This document shows, piece after piece, positions 8,799-17,464 of a stretch of DNA of 64,000 nucleotides. The DNA is taken from positions 1 to 64,000 of the IMG/VR virus record IMGVR_UViG_3300049846_000628; one strand, written 5' to 3'. The position numbers and the translations under genes were made by a program. The notes beneath the pieces were generated by a model that had not been told where the DNA came from, ran no database searches, and worked only from the letters and a program-made list of their open reading frames with translations. Position 1 is the first letter of the stretch. Each line of letters begins with the position of its first letter.

Positions 8799-10139
8799 TT
8801 ATCCTACAGTCGGTGCGGTGAGAGCAACAGGAGTGCTTTCAGCAGCAGCAAGGTCAAGAGGGAAATTGTGCAATTGTGTTATCGTAAAGACTCTTTATTC
8901 TTTACTTCTTACTGTCGCCAGTAAGTTCAGACTATCTCTTCATCCTTATGTTTATTAAGGAGTCGGGCATTCGTGGGTAGATTATTGTTGGGACTCACTA
9001 CCTAGTCGTTAGACCTTTCAGAAAACTTAAACCCTTTCTGACTTGGTACGGGATTGTCTCATAGAGAGTTTCCCCGTTTAACCCGATTTTTCTAATGCCT
9101 ATTACTAGGCAACAACACCAACAATTCTAGCGTTGCGCTCGTGCATTACCTCCATTCCCAGTCCAGCACGGTTGAGAACATCAGCCCAGGTGTTAATAAC
9201 TTTACCCTGACTATCAACGATAGACTGGTTGAAGTTGAAACCATTCAGGTTGAATGCCATCGTAGAAACACCAAGAGCGGTGAACCAGATGCCTACAACG
9301 GGCCAGGCAGCAAGGAAGAAGTGCAGCGAACGGGAGTTATTAAAGGAAGCATATTGAAAAATAAGGCGTCCGAAATAACCATGAGCAGCAACGATGTTAT
9401 AAGTCTCTTCTTCTTGACCGAACTTGTAACCATAGTTCTGTGACTCGTTCTCGGTGGTTTCACGAACCAGTGAGGAAGTAACCAGAGAACCGTGCATAGC
9501 ACTGAACAGAGAACCACCGAACACACCAGCAACTCCAAGCATATGGAAGGGGTGCATCAGGATGTTGTGCTCTGCCTGGAACACAAGCATGTAGTTGAAC
9601 GTACCAGAGATACCCAGAGGCATCGCATCAGAGAAAGAACCTTGACCGAAAGGATAGACAAGGAACACCGCACTCGCAGCGGCAACAGGTGCAGAGTAGG
9701 CAACGCAGATCCAAGGACGCATACCCAGACGGTAGGAAAGTTCCCACTCACGACCCATATAAGCATAGATGCCGATGAGGAAGTGGAAGACTACCAGTTG
9801 GAAAGGTCCACCGTTGTAAAGCCACTCATCTAGGGAAGCAGCTTCCCAGATGGGGTAAAAGTGCAGTCCAATAGCATTGGACGAAGGAATCACAGCACCA
9901 GAGATGATGTTGTTTCCGTACATGAGTGAACCAGCAACGGGTTCACGGATTCCATCGATGTCCACAGGAGGAGCAGCGATGAATGCAACGATAAAGCAGA
10001 TTGTTGCAGCGAGTAGACAAGGCACCATCAATACACCAAACCACCCGACATACAAACGATTATCGGTGCTGGTGATCCAGTTACAAAATTGATCCCAAAT
10101 ATTTGATTGTGATTGTTGACGTGAAAGTGTAGCAGTCAT
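8799..10139 (-). CDS. psbA: Photosystem II D1 protein, spliced: exon 1 10139..9129, exon 2 8870..8799 (360 aa)
   Basis: MTATLSRQQ...HERNA / [23 protein letters not shown]; E130-type (GREWELS). Confidence 0.97.
8871..9128 (-). mobile_element. Group I self-splicing intron (258 nt, no ORF) in psbA
   Basis: Exon ends in U, intron ends in G; P1 AACGCU/GGUGUU with U.G pair; P10 AAUUGU/ACAAUU; P7 GACUA/UAGUC; removal restores HERNA-HNFP. Confidence 0.95.
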
Positions 10140-10270
10140 TTGTTTAAAAAGGGTAAGTAAAAGTTCGGGGGAACGAACAGTTGTAAGTATCTCCCACAGC
10201 ACCCTCCACTGTGGGTATAAGAGACGTATTTTACATGGATAGTCTCGGTAAGGAGTATTAGTCCCTTTTC
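10140..10270 (-). ncRNA. Structured psbA 5' leader (possibly PhotoRC-II-like motif)
   Basis: Hairpins GAGAC...GTCTC and CCCACAG-TGGAGGGTG-CTGTGGG; motif name from recollection only. Confidence 0.5.
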
Positions 10271-10282
10271 TCCATGGTCAAT

Positions 10283-10353
10283 GTTACGAAACATTAAAGA
10301 TCCGTTACATTTGTTTACCTATTTATCATAGCACTTCATGAAGCAGAAGTCAA
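10283..10353 (-). promoter_or_regulatory. psbA promoter with HLR1-like boxes
   Basis: TTGACT(10353-10348)-17-TATGAT(10330-10325); GTTACATT-TG-TTTACCTA at 10304-10321 (+). Confidence 0.65.
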
Positions 10354-10835
10354 GTGGTGTATTGATTAATGCCTCTTATGTTTCCACCTCTTTGCTCACA
10401 CCCTTTCTTTGGTCCTGATTTGAGGTGTAGTTCATAACCAAACTTTGAGCATTCACGAATAGCTCTTTTGACTTGATGTTCTTTTAACCCAAGTAAGTCG
10501 GCAACTTCTTTTCTTGATAGTCCTGACTGACGATATTTAAGAATAGAAAGTTCTTGTTGTGTTGGTTCAGTTTTCTTTGGAGGTTTTCCTCTTTTTTCAG
10601 TTGAGTTTCCTTTACTTTTCTTTGCCCAGTTGATTGCTTGTTTATCGTGAATAATTTTGTGAGTTGCTGGATGATAAACATATAAGTGCTCTGGAATGTT
10701 TCTACCACCTTCACATCTTGGTGGATTATGGTGAACATCTATATTTTCCATTTGCTCATCAGTAAGTCCATAGTGCTGTTGAGCAACTTTACGATAGTTA
10801 TGTTTATCAGTAGAGAGAACAATAGCAGAACACAT
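10350..10835 (-). CDS. HNH homing endonuclease with C-terminal HTH
   Basis: IDVHHNPPRCEGGRNIPEHLYVYHPATHKIIH; probable ATG 10835 with GGAG RBS. Confidence 0.85.
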   Translation of the reverse strand: MCSAIVLSTDKHNYRKVAQQHYGLTDEQMENIDVHHNPPRCEGGRNIPEHLYVYHPATHKIIHDKQAINWAKKSKGNSTEKRGKPPKKTEPTQQELSILKYRQSGLSRKEVADLLGLKEHQVKRAIRECSKFGYELHLKSGPKKGCEQRGGNIRGINQYTT

Positions 10836-10892
10836 AAAAAACTCCAAACCTACTATTATTTAGGTAGGTTTGGAGTTGTAATGAAGTTTATG

Positions 10893-11132
10893 TTAGTGTT
10901 TTGTAACAATAAAAGACTCTCTCCAATTATATAAACTTTCTTCTTTCTTTTCAACTTCTATTTCATCATATATTTCTGGTAACTTATTTTCTTCTTGGAC
11001 AACAAAAACTTCAGAGTCACTTTCTCCTTCAAGGACTCCTGTGTTTTTAAGTTCTTCATCAAGTTTTTTTATCTTTTCATCCAAATCTTTTGAAGGTTTA
11101 GAATACTTGATAGTCTTTTTAAAAATTCCCAT
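10893..11132 (-). CDS. Hypothetical acidic protein, possibly truncated
   Basis: ORF track; late-promoter-like TAAATA upstream. Confidence 0.45.
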   Translation of the reverse strand: MGIFKKTIKYSKPSKDLDEKIKKLDEELKNTGVLEGESDSEVFVVQEENKLPEIYDEIEVEKKEESLYNWRESFIVTKH

Positions 11133-11168
11133 TAAGTATCAACGACTTTTTGCCTTATTAAGTATTTA

Positions 11169-11333
11169 TTATACCCTGTATTCCTCAATTTTGTCCAAGA
11201 CCTTATTCAGGTAATGATGCGCCAACCACTTTGGATCATACCCAGTTTTGTTCATCCATTCCTTATCCAAGTCTCTCTTTATCTTGAGAACTTCCATCTT
11301 GATGATATCCTTAGTCAACTGTCCTCTGGGCAT
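11169..11333 (-). CDS. Small hypothetical protein (54 aa, MPRGQLTKDIIKMEVLK...)
   Basis: Manual translation. Confidence 0.6.
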   Translation of the reverse strand: MPRGQLTKDIIKMEVLKIKRDLDKEWMNKTGYDPKWLAHHYLNKVLDKIEEYRV

Positions 11334-11393
11334 AATACAAAAAAAACTCTGCTCATTATTTAGAGCAGAGTTCTAATACTATTTCTTATTGTT

Positions 11394-11921
11394 TCAAACC
11401 TGTGCAGTTTCCCTCACAGTTGACTTCACATAGTCCAGAACAACTTCTGGAGTAGTCGCTTCGTAAGGGTCGGTGTCTGCATTGTCCCGTTGCCCCGCCT
11501 CAACGAATAGTTTTTCGATGACTCCGTTATCCACGACTGCAGCATAACGCCAAGAACGATCACCGAAACCTAGATTAGACTTGGTGACGAGCATACCCAT
11601 AGAACGTGTGAAATATGCATTACCGTCTGGAATGAGTTTTACCTTCTCAATGTTCTGGTCTTGTGCCCAGGCATTCATTACAAACCCATCATTAACAGAG
11701 ATGCAGTAAATAGCGTCGATGCCACTACCAATAAAGTCGTCGTATTTCTCTTCGAATCCAGGTAGCTGATAGGCACTGCAAGTAGGAGTGAAAGCACCAG
11801 GCAGGCTAAAAATGACAACACGCTTTCCATCAAAAAGTTCTGAAGTAGTACGGGTTACAAATTCACCAGACTCACGAAATACGAATTCAACTTGAGGAAC
11901 TTGATATTGTTCTTTACGCAT
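11394..11921 (-). CDS. Peroxiredoxin (Prx5-like)
   Basis: VVIFSLPGAFTPTCS motif; ATG 11921 with GGAGG RBS. Confidence 0.93.
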   Translation of the reverse strand: MRKEQYQVPQVEFVFRESGEFVTRTTSELFDGKRVVIFSLPGAFTPTCSAYQLPGFEEKYDDFIGSGIDAIYCISVNDGFVMNAWAQDQNIEKVKLIPDGNAYFTRSMGMLVTKSNLGFGDRSWRYAAVVDNGVIEKLFVEAGQRDNADTDPYEATTPEVVLDYVKSTVRETAQV

Positions 11922-11932
11922 TTTAACCTCCA

Positions 11933-12052
11933 TCACCATACACCAGGAATAACTTGTCCGCTAACCAGGTAAGAACCAGCAGCAGCGACGAACCCAATCA
12001 TTGCGAACCAACCATTAATGCGCTCACTGCGCTCGTTAAAAAGATTTTTCAT
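11933..12052 (-). CDS. hli: High-light-inducible protein (39 aa)
   Basis: ERSERINGWFAMIGFVAAAGSY...GQVIPG chlorophyll-binding motif; below ORF-track length cutoff. Confidence 0.93.
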   Translation of the reverse strand: MKNLFNERSERINGWFAMIGFVAAAGSYLVSGQVIPGVW

Positions 12053-12573
12053 TGTTTTTTCTCCTGTAATAATTGTTTAAAGTTGTAAGTAATTTTTTCT
12101 AATTCTTCAAGTGTGGCATCATTCTTTATTTGATTTGCTCTATGAGATATAACCCAAACATTTCCCTTAATATATCCAAGTTTTGGATTAATTCTATCAA
12201 GAGAGGGAGCAAACCCATCACCAGTTCCCATTGGAGAAAGTTTAATGTTTAAAAGAGGACAATACTCTGGAATAGAAATATCTTCTACTGAAATATTGAA
12301 CTCTATATTTCTTTCTCTTGCTCTTTTTTGAGCACACCTTAACATTCTATATTCGGGAACTTTCCAATTTCCACCAGATGTATTTCTAATACATCCGCAA
12401 CTTTTAACTGTCTTGAAATCGGAAGCAATTAAACTATGAAGTTTTCCACAGTCACATTTACATTGCAAAAATCTTCTTTTTCTTCCCGAATTTTCTATTT
12501 TTGTAAATTCAGAAATAACTGTAAGTTTATTAAGTTTTGTTCCTGGTGGATAATCAAGTTTGAGTTTTCCCAT
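12049..12573 (-). CDS. HNH/EndoVII-like homing endonuclease
   Basis: CKCDCG..SCGC; PSLDRINPKLGYIKGNVWVISHRANQIK. Confidence 0.85.
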   Translation of the reverse strand: MGKLKLDYPPGTKLNKLTVISEFTKIENSGRKRRFLQCKCDCGKLHSLIASDFKTVKSCGCIRNTSGGNWKVPEYRMLRCAQKRARERNIEFNISVEDISIPEYCPLLNIKLSPMGTGDGFAPSLDRINPKLGYIKGNVWVISHRANQIKNDATLEELEKITYNFKQLLQEKKQ

Positions 12574-12637
12574 AGAATATTGAAATGCTATAACTATTTA
12601 TACAGAAATAACTTTTCAATAAAAGTTATGCTTGGTT

Positions 12638-12913
12638 TTATGTTTCTCCTTGATAAGGGTGTTTTTGTTTGAGTTCAGGATTTGGTTGTGAAGGAACAAC
12701 TGGATTCCTTGATTTGTTTTTAATTACAATGAAAGCATCGTTTTGATAAGAAACCGTTCCAAAGGGTTTTGCCCATTTTGGATTTGCATTTGGACTGGTA
12801 GCAGTTCCTGTTACTGCTACTCCCCCAATTTCAACAGAAAGTTCATCATTTGCGTCCCATCCAAGTTCTTGGAGGGCAATAGCAAACTGCCCTAACATTC
12901 CAGCAGTGCTCAC
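12638..12913 (-). CDS. Conserved cyanophage hypothetical protein
   Basis: ORF track; GTGA overlap with petF. Confidence 0.65.
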   Translation of the reverse strand: MSTAGMLGQFAIALQELGWDANDELSVEIGGVAVTGTATSPNANPKWAKPFGTVSYQNDAFIVIKNKSRNPVVPSQPNPELKQKHPYQGET

Positions 12914-13200
12914 AGATTTTCTTCCTGCTCGGTAAGGATCACACAGTCACTGGTGGGGTATGCTACGCAAGTCAGAACCCATCCTTCTGCTTGTTGCTCA
13001 TCGTCAAGGAACGATTGCTCCTCGTTGTCTACAGTGCCGCTGATCAGTTTACCAGCACAAGCGGAACAAGCACCTGCCTTACAGGAAGAAGGAAGGTCAA
13101 CACCTGCTTCTTCAGCAGCTTCAAGAATGTATTGATCGGGAGCACACTGAATAGTGGTTTCAGTGCCGTCAGGGGATTGAAGTGTAACGTTGAATGTCAT
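12910..13200 (-). CDS. petF: Plant-type [2Fe-2S] ferredoxin
   Basis: [13 protein letters not shown]...LTC motif; probable ATG 13200. Confidence 0.96.
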   Translation of the reverse strand: MTFNVTLQSPDGTETTIQCAPDQYILEAAEEAGVDLPSSCKAGACSACAGKLISGTVDNEEQSFLDDEQQAEGWVLTCVAYPTSDCVILTEQEENL

Positions 13201-13211
13201 TGTGTTAAGAC

Positions 13212-13298
13212 TCAATAAGTTTCAGAGAGTTGATCTACAGCATAACCCAAAATCACGAAAAAAGCAATAGTCGTGATTGTCCAGAGTGCCTCAGTCAT
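13212..13298 (-). CDS. Tiny membrane peptide (28 aa, [28 protein letters not shown])
   Basis: Manual translation; TGATG overlap with hli stop. Confidence 0.5.
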   Translation of the reverse strand: MTEALWTITTIAFFVILGYAVDQLSETY

Positions 13299-13492
13299 CA
13301 GAAGATACCGAAGAAGAAGTTACCAGTGATAGAATAAGAAATAACGCCAGCAACAAAGCCGACCATTGCCCAACGTCCATTAGTACGCTCCTTTACTTGA
13401 TTAGGGGTGAGCATACCATAGTTTTCGTAGTACATAGTAGGCTCCTTGGCAAACATATTCTGCTGCCCAAGTTCGTTTGTCGTTACAGTCAT
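13298..13492 (-). CDS. hli: High-light-inducible protein (long form)
   Basis: MTVTTNELGQQNMFAKEP...KERTNGRWAMVG. Confidence 0.93.
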   Translation of the reverse strand: MTVTTNELGQQNMFAKEPTMYYENYGMLTPNQVKERTNGRWAMVGFVAGVISYSITGNFFFGIF

Positions 13493-13586
13493 TGTAAATT
13501 CGTTAAGAATTGTTACACAATTATATAGCAAAAATAAAGGGGCGTCAAGCCCCTTAAGTAAGTATTAATACTCAATTTGTTAGGAA

Positions 13587-14381
13587 TTACTGACTTTGAG
13601 GCACAGATGATTCGGTTATCCTACCAAGATAGGGATCGTAGTTCATCAGATCATCAATGTTCATCTCATAACCCTGCCTCTCCCAGAACTGAAGCAATCC
13701 ATCGTGACTACTACGATGAAAGACATCAATATGCTCTGGATGAATTGAAGATCCTAATTCAATTCTATAAAGAAAAAGTGGGATTGAAAATGTATTTCCA
13801 GAATTATAAATCAAATCATCAGCAACCGCTCTAGGTCTTACACCCTGATCTAACTTATACTTACCATCACGAACGTGAAATTTTAAAAGTTTTTCAGCGT
13901 GATGACGATTAATCAAATAACAAGCTGTTGAAAAATCATTTACAAATCTCTTATGAAGTTTAACGTGTAGATCTCCAGTACATATAATTGCAATCTGAAC
14001 TACATCCCAATCATAAGGAATTTTAGAAACAAAATCTGCCCAAGTAAAATTCCAAAATCTTACAATTTGAAGATCTACATCATCCTCCATGATGATTGCA
14101 TATGGAGAATCAGATGTATCATACCAATGTTTGATTGCCTTAAGGTGAGATGTGGTGCATCCAATCTCACCAGATGTCATGTTTTCTGGATAACGACCCT
14201 TAATAATATCGCTAAGATCATCAGTTCTACCATCAAACGCAGAGATGCGTTCGTAATTCTCAATCTCCCAATATTTAAACTGATCTTCCATATATTGTTT
14301 TCTTTCCGGTTGCCCATCTAGATTTAAATAATAAATTGGACCAATATTTTTGAGTTTGTAAGCAGATTTATTTTTGTCCAT
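13587..14381 (-). CDS. Glycosyltransferase family 25
   Basis: YYLNLD...RISAFDG...GEIGCTTSH...IIMEDD. Confidence 0.85.
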   Translation of the reverse strand: MDKNKSAYKLKNIGPIYYLNLDGQPERKQYMEDQFKYWEIENYERISAFDGRTDDLSDIIKGRYPENMTSGEIGCTTSHLKAIKHWYDTSDSPYAIIMEDDVDLQIVRFWNFTWADFVSKIPYDWDVVQIAIICTGDLHVKLHKRFVNDFSTACYLINRHHAEKLLKFHVRDGKYKLDQGVRPRAVADDLIYNSGNTFSIPLFLYRIELGSSIHPEHIDVFHRSSHDGLLQFWERQGYEMNIDDLMNYDPYLGRITESSVPQSQ

Positions 14382-15187
14382 TATAGTTTACTCCACCTTT
14401 CTGGAATTAAATCTTCTGTATTTTTATCTTGATTTCCTTCACCAAACCATTTGATAGGTGCAATTACATTATCAGAATTAGATAACCAAGCACCCCACCA
14501 CGAGAATGATGAGTTCGCAATAATATGATGAGAACATAGACTCATTAAACAAAGATCAACATAGTGGTCCTGTGACTCAGAGATCATAAACCGATCGCCA
14601 GAAAATAGTGGTTGCGAATTACACCATTCTGGATCATCCGAGAACACAACTACTGGAAGAGAAGAATCCATCTTAGAAAGAGCATTCTCATAATAATCAA
14701 GATCAAGAGCAGTATGATTTGGATTCTGTAGATAGTCTGTGCGACGAATATGAAGACTGATTGCTTTTCCAATAGATCCCATCATTTCTTTACAAGGATC
14801 TAAAATTTCATCCTTGAAAGAAAAATCTTCACGAATCTCATCTTCAATGTGTTTGAAATATTTTTCAGATTGAAAAAATCCAGCAAGAGTTATTTCATCT
14901 GGACACATATTAAACAGAGTTTGGTCAAAATGAAAATGCTTTTCCTCTGCTACAGGTGCATATCCCCTATCAAGAAGTTTGATATTATGTGGTAGTACAT
15001 ATATCATCTTGAAAGGGTAGAAAAGTTCAATCTTTAAGTCAAATCCATATGGGTCTTTGACTACTTGATTATGATTAGGAATACAAAAATCATATCCACG
15101 ATTTCGGGCAATGCCTCTCAATGAGGCATATTGGAACATTTGATTTCCAAGTCTTCCCAATTTTCCAAGATAATTAAACGCTAACAT
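14381..15187 (-). CDS. GT11 alpha-1,2-fucosyl/colitosyltransferase
   Basis: GRLGNQMFQYA, SLHIRRTDY, IIANSSFSWWGAWL. Confidence 0.9.
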   Translation of the reverse strand: MLAFNYLGKLGRLGNQMFQYASLRGIARNRGYDFCIPNHNQVVKDPYGFDLKIELFYPFKMIYVLPHNIKLLDRGYAPVAEEKHFHFDQTLFNMCPDEITLAGFFQSEKYFKHIEDEIREDFSFKDEILDPCKEMMGSIGKAISLHIRRTDYLQNPNHTALDLDYYENALSKMDSSLPVVVFSDDPEWCNSQPLFSGDRFMISESQDHYVDLCLMSLCSHHIIANSSFSWWGAWLSNSDNVIAPIKWFGEGNQDKNTEDLIPERWSKL

Positions 15188-16001
15188 TCAATTGACTCCT
15201 TCTCTCCTTAACATAGTTTTGATCCTCATAATACCTTATTATAGCATCTTTATCTAACTTTCTAATTGTCTGCCATAGATTATGATTATCCATAAACTTT
15301 GGATTATGATAATGTGAATTAAAGGTGCGAGCGTGATCAAAGTGGTAGACCATATCATTGACTCTACCAACACGATATCCTAAAGCTTGAAGACGATAAT
15401 AATATTCACAGTCTTCTGCACCCCAAGAAATGAAGTTCTCATTCCACATATAAGAGTCAATATAAACTTGACGCTTGATCATTTGACCCCATCCCATCAC
15501 AGATGGTTGCAATTTACAATTAGGTTGCAGAACATTCAAATCAAACTTTGATTGAATAAAAGCATCAAAGAGTGGAATAGGATAGTCAACTGCCCATTGA
15601 TAAACACCACAACCATAAGGATAAACTGCATCAAACTCACCCTGCATAATCATATTATATGCAGTCACATAACTTGATACTGGATAAACAACATCAACAT
15701 CGTAATTATAAACGACTTCAGTTTTTGATGCTAGAAGAAGGTCATTTAGAATACGAGTCTTATAAAAGAATTGATTGTTTGATTGCTCAAAAATATGATA
15801 CAGATTTGTTGGAATATCACCGAAGATCTTTTGAATGACTGGAAGTGCTTTATCTTGAAAGACTGACTGCGTATCATTTTCCTTAATGATAATTGGAGAC
15901 TGTGGAAAATGATGAGTGATGTAGCTGATAGATGTAATCACATTTTTGAGTCGGTCTTCACTCTCAATCCGACAAGGTATCAAGAATGTAAGATTATTCA
16001 T
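15174..16001 (-). CDS. GT2/GT7-like glycosyltransferase
   Basis: YDVD DxD motif; ENFISWGAED. Confidence 0.75.
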   Translation of the reverse strand: MNNLTFLIPCRIESEDRLKNVITSISYITHHFPQSPIIIKENDTQSVFQDKALPVIQKIFGDIPTNLYHIFEQSNNQFFYKTRILNDLLLASKTEVVYNYDVDVVYPVSSYVTAYNMIMQGEFDAVYPYGCGVYQWAVDYPIPLFDAFIQSKFDLNVLQPNCKLQPSVMGWGQMIKRQVYIDSYMWNENFISWGAEDCEYYYRLQALGYRVGRVNDMVYHFDHARTFNSHYHNPKFMDNHNLWQTIRKLDKDAIIRYYEDQNYVKERRSQLNVSV

Positions 16002-16845
16002 ACTGTACCTCAACCCAATTATCAGGCAGCAAGTCACTCATCGTATAGTGGTTGTACATAGATCCAAACCAAGGATTAGGAGCAACAATAGGTTGTGTTG
16101 GATTTTCAATCAACCAAGCACCCCACCAACTCATTGTACTATTAGCAATAATACCACCAGTGCAAAGAGACATCATACACAAATCAAAGTAAGGAATCAA
16201 TGATTGTTGTCTTCCTTGAAGGGTATCACAAGTTTGAGGATATCTCTCAGTATATTCAGAAAGCATAAAGCGATCATCTTGAAATAGATCCTGCTCCTTA
16301 CACCATTCAATATCATCAGAAAAGACTAGCACTGGAGATTCCTTATCAAAATGTGCTAGCGCCTTTTCATAATAAGAAATTGCACAAGCAGGATGTGCTT
16401 CTGGTTTGACTAGATAATCCCCACGACGAACGTGAAGAAAAATTGGATTCTCTAGATCATCCATAATTTCTTTACAAGGATTCAAGATATCATCCTTAAA
16501 AGTGTAATCTTTACGGATAACATCTTTCACATTTGAAAAATATTTTTCTGAAGTGAAGTAATCGTGAAGATTTACATTATCTGGACAATTATCAAAAAAC
16601 TCTTGAATGAAGTGAAACTCCCCTGTAGAAATACTTTGCGCGTTTAGAATTCCAAAGTTACTTTCTTGGACTGTCTCCATCTTAAAGCAATCAAACAGAC
16701 CATAGTTAGAATCACCATAACTGTCTGGACGGGGAATCAACCAATCAAACCCTCTGTTTGCAGCAATACCCCGCAGAGCGGCATATTGAAACATCTGGTT
16801 TCCCAGCCGCCCATTTGACCCTAAACGATTATAACTTATAGTCAT
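15994..16845 (-). CDS. GT11 alpha-1,2-fucosyl/colitosyltransferase (second copy)
   Basis: GRLGNQMFQYA, LHVRRGDY, IIANSTMSWWGAWL. Confidence 0.9.
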   Translation of the reverse strand: MTISYNRLGSNGRLGNQMFQYAALRGIAANRGFDWLIPRPDSYGDSNYGLFDCFKMETVQESNFGILNAQSISTGEFHFIQEFFDNCPDNVNLHDYFTSEKYFSNVKDVIRKDYTFKDDILNPCKEIMDDLENPIFLHVRRGDYLVKPEAHPACAISYYEKALAHFDKESPVLVFSDDIEWCKEQDLFQDDRFMLSEYTERYPQTCDTLQGRQQSLIPYFDLCMMSLCTGGIIANSTMSWWGAWLIENPTQPIVAPNPWFGSMYNHYTMSDLLPDNWVEVQYE

Positions 16846-16846
16846 T

Positions 16847-17464
16847 TCACTTCCTCACATAAAGAGCATCTCCCCAAAGAGTTCCTGCCCAATCAGTCTC
16901 TACTCTTTCCATATTATAATCAACAAGAAACTTATCAAGGTCTTCTACAAAAGCATTTCCTTCATAAAGTTCATCACGATTAATTTCACAATAAACATAA
17001 TCAACGTGCTTCAAAGTTTCGGCACCACCCTTAAGAACTTCAAGTTCATATCCCTGCACATCCATATTAATAAAGTTGAAGTTCTGAGTTTCTTCAGCAA
17101 AACTATCCAGTCTTTTCATTTCAACTTCTTCAAGTCCAGGAAATCCAACACCAGGATGAAGTTGAAGATGCACTTTGGGTTTCAACACAGAGCTGCTAAT
17201 GAGATCATTATCACTCAAATACATCGTAACATTTTTTTCCTCATTACCAAGAGCAACCTGATATGCAGTAATATTTGCATTCACATCAGACATTCTTTGC
17301 TCAAGAATATTAAAGTTTAGACTTACAGGTTCAAACATAATAATGTCTTGAATACCGTTGTCCACATACTCTTCAATTTCTTGTCCGCGATGAGCACCAA
17401 TATGGATGATTCCCTTGATATCCATATTGTATTTTTTCACCATATTGGTAAAACTTAAAATCAT
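16847..17464 (-). CDS. FkbM-family methyltransferase
   Basis: IHIGAHRG, FEP, NMDVQGYELEVLKG. Confidence 0.85.
   Translation of the reverse strand: MILSFTNMVKKYNMDIKGIIHIGAHRGQEIEEYVDNGIQDIIMFEPVSLNFNILEQRMSDVNANITAYQVALGNEEKNVTMYLSDNDLISSSVLKPKVHLQLHPGVGFPGLEEVEMKRLDSFAEETQNFNFINMDVQGYELEVLKGGAETLKHVDYVYCEINRDELYEGNAFVEDLDKFLVDYNMERVETDWAGTLWGDALYVRK

Noticed and set aside
9105-9128. ORF-track psbA ending ...NARIVGVVA*
   Set aside because: Read-through into the intron; the true C-terminus is exon 2 at 8870-8799
4194-10092. Plus-strand and alternate-frame ORFs overlapping psbD and psbA
   Set aside because: Shadow ORFs of conserved genes
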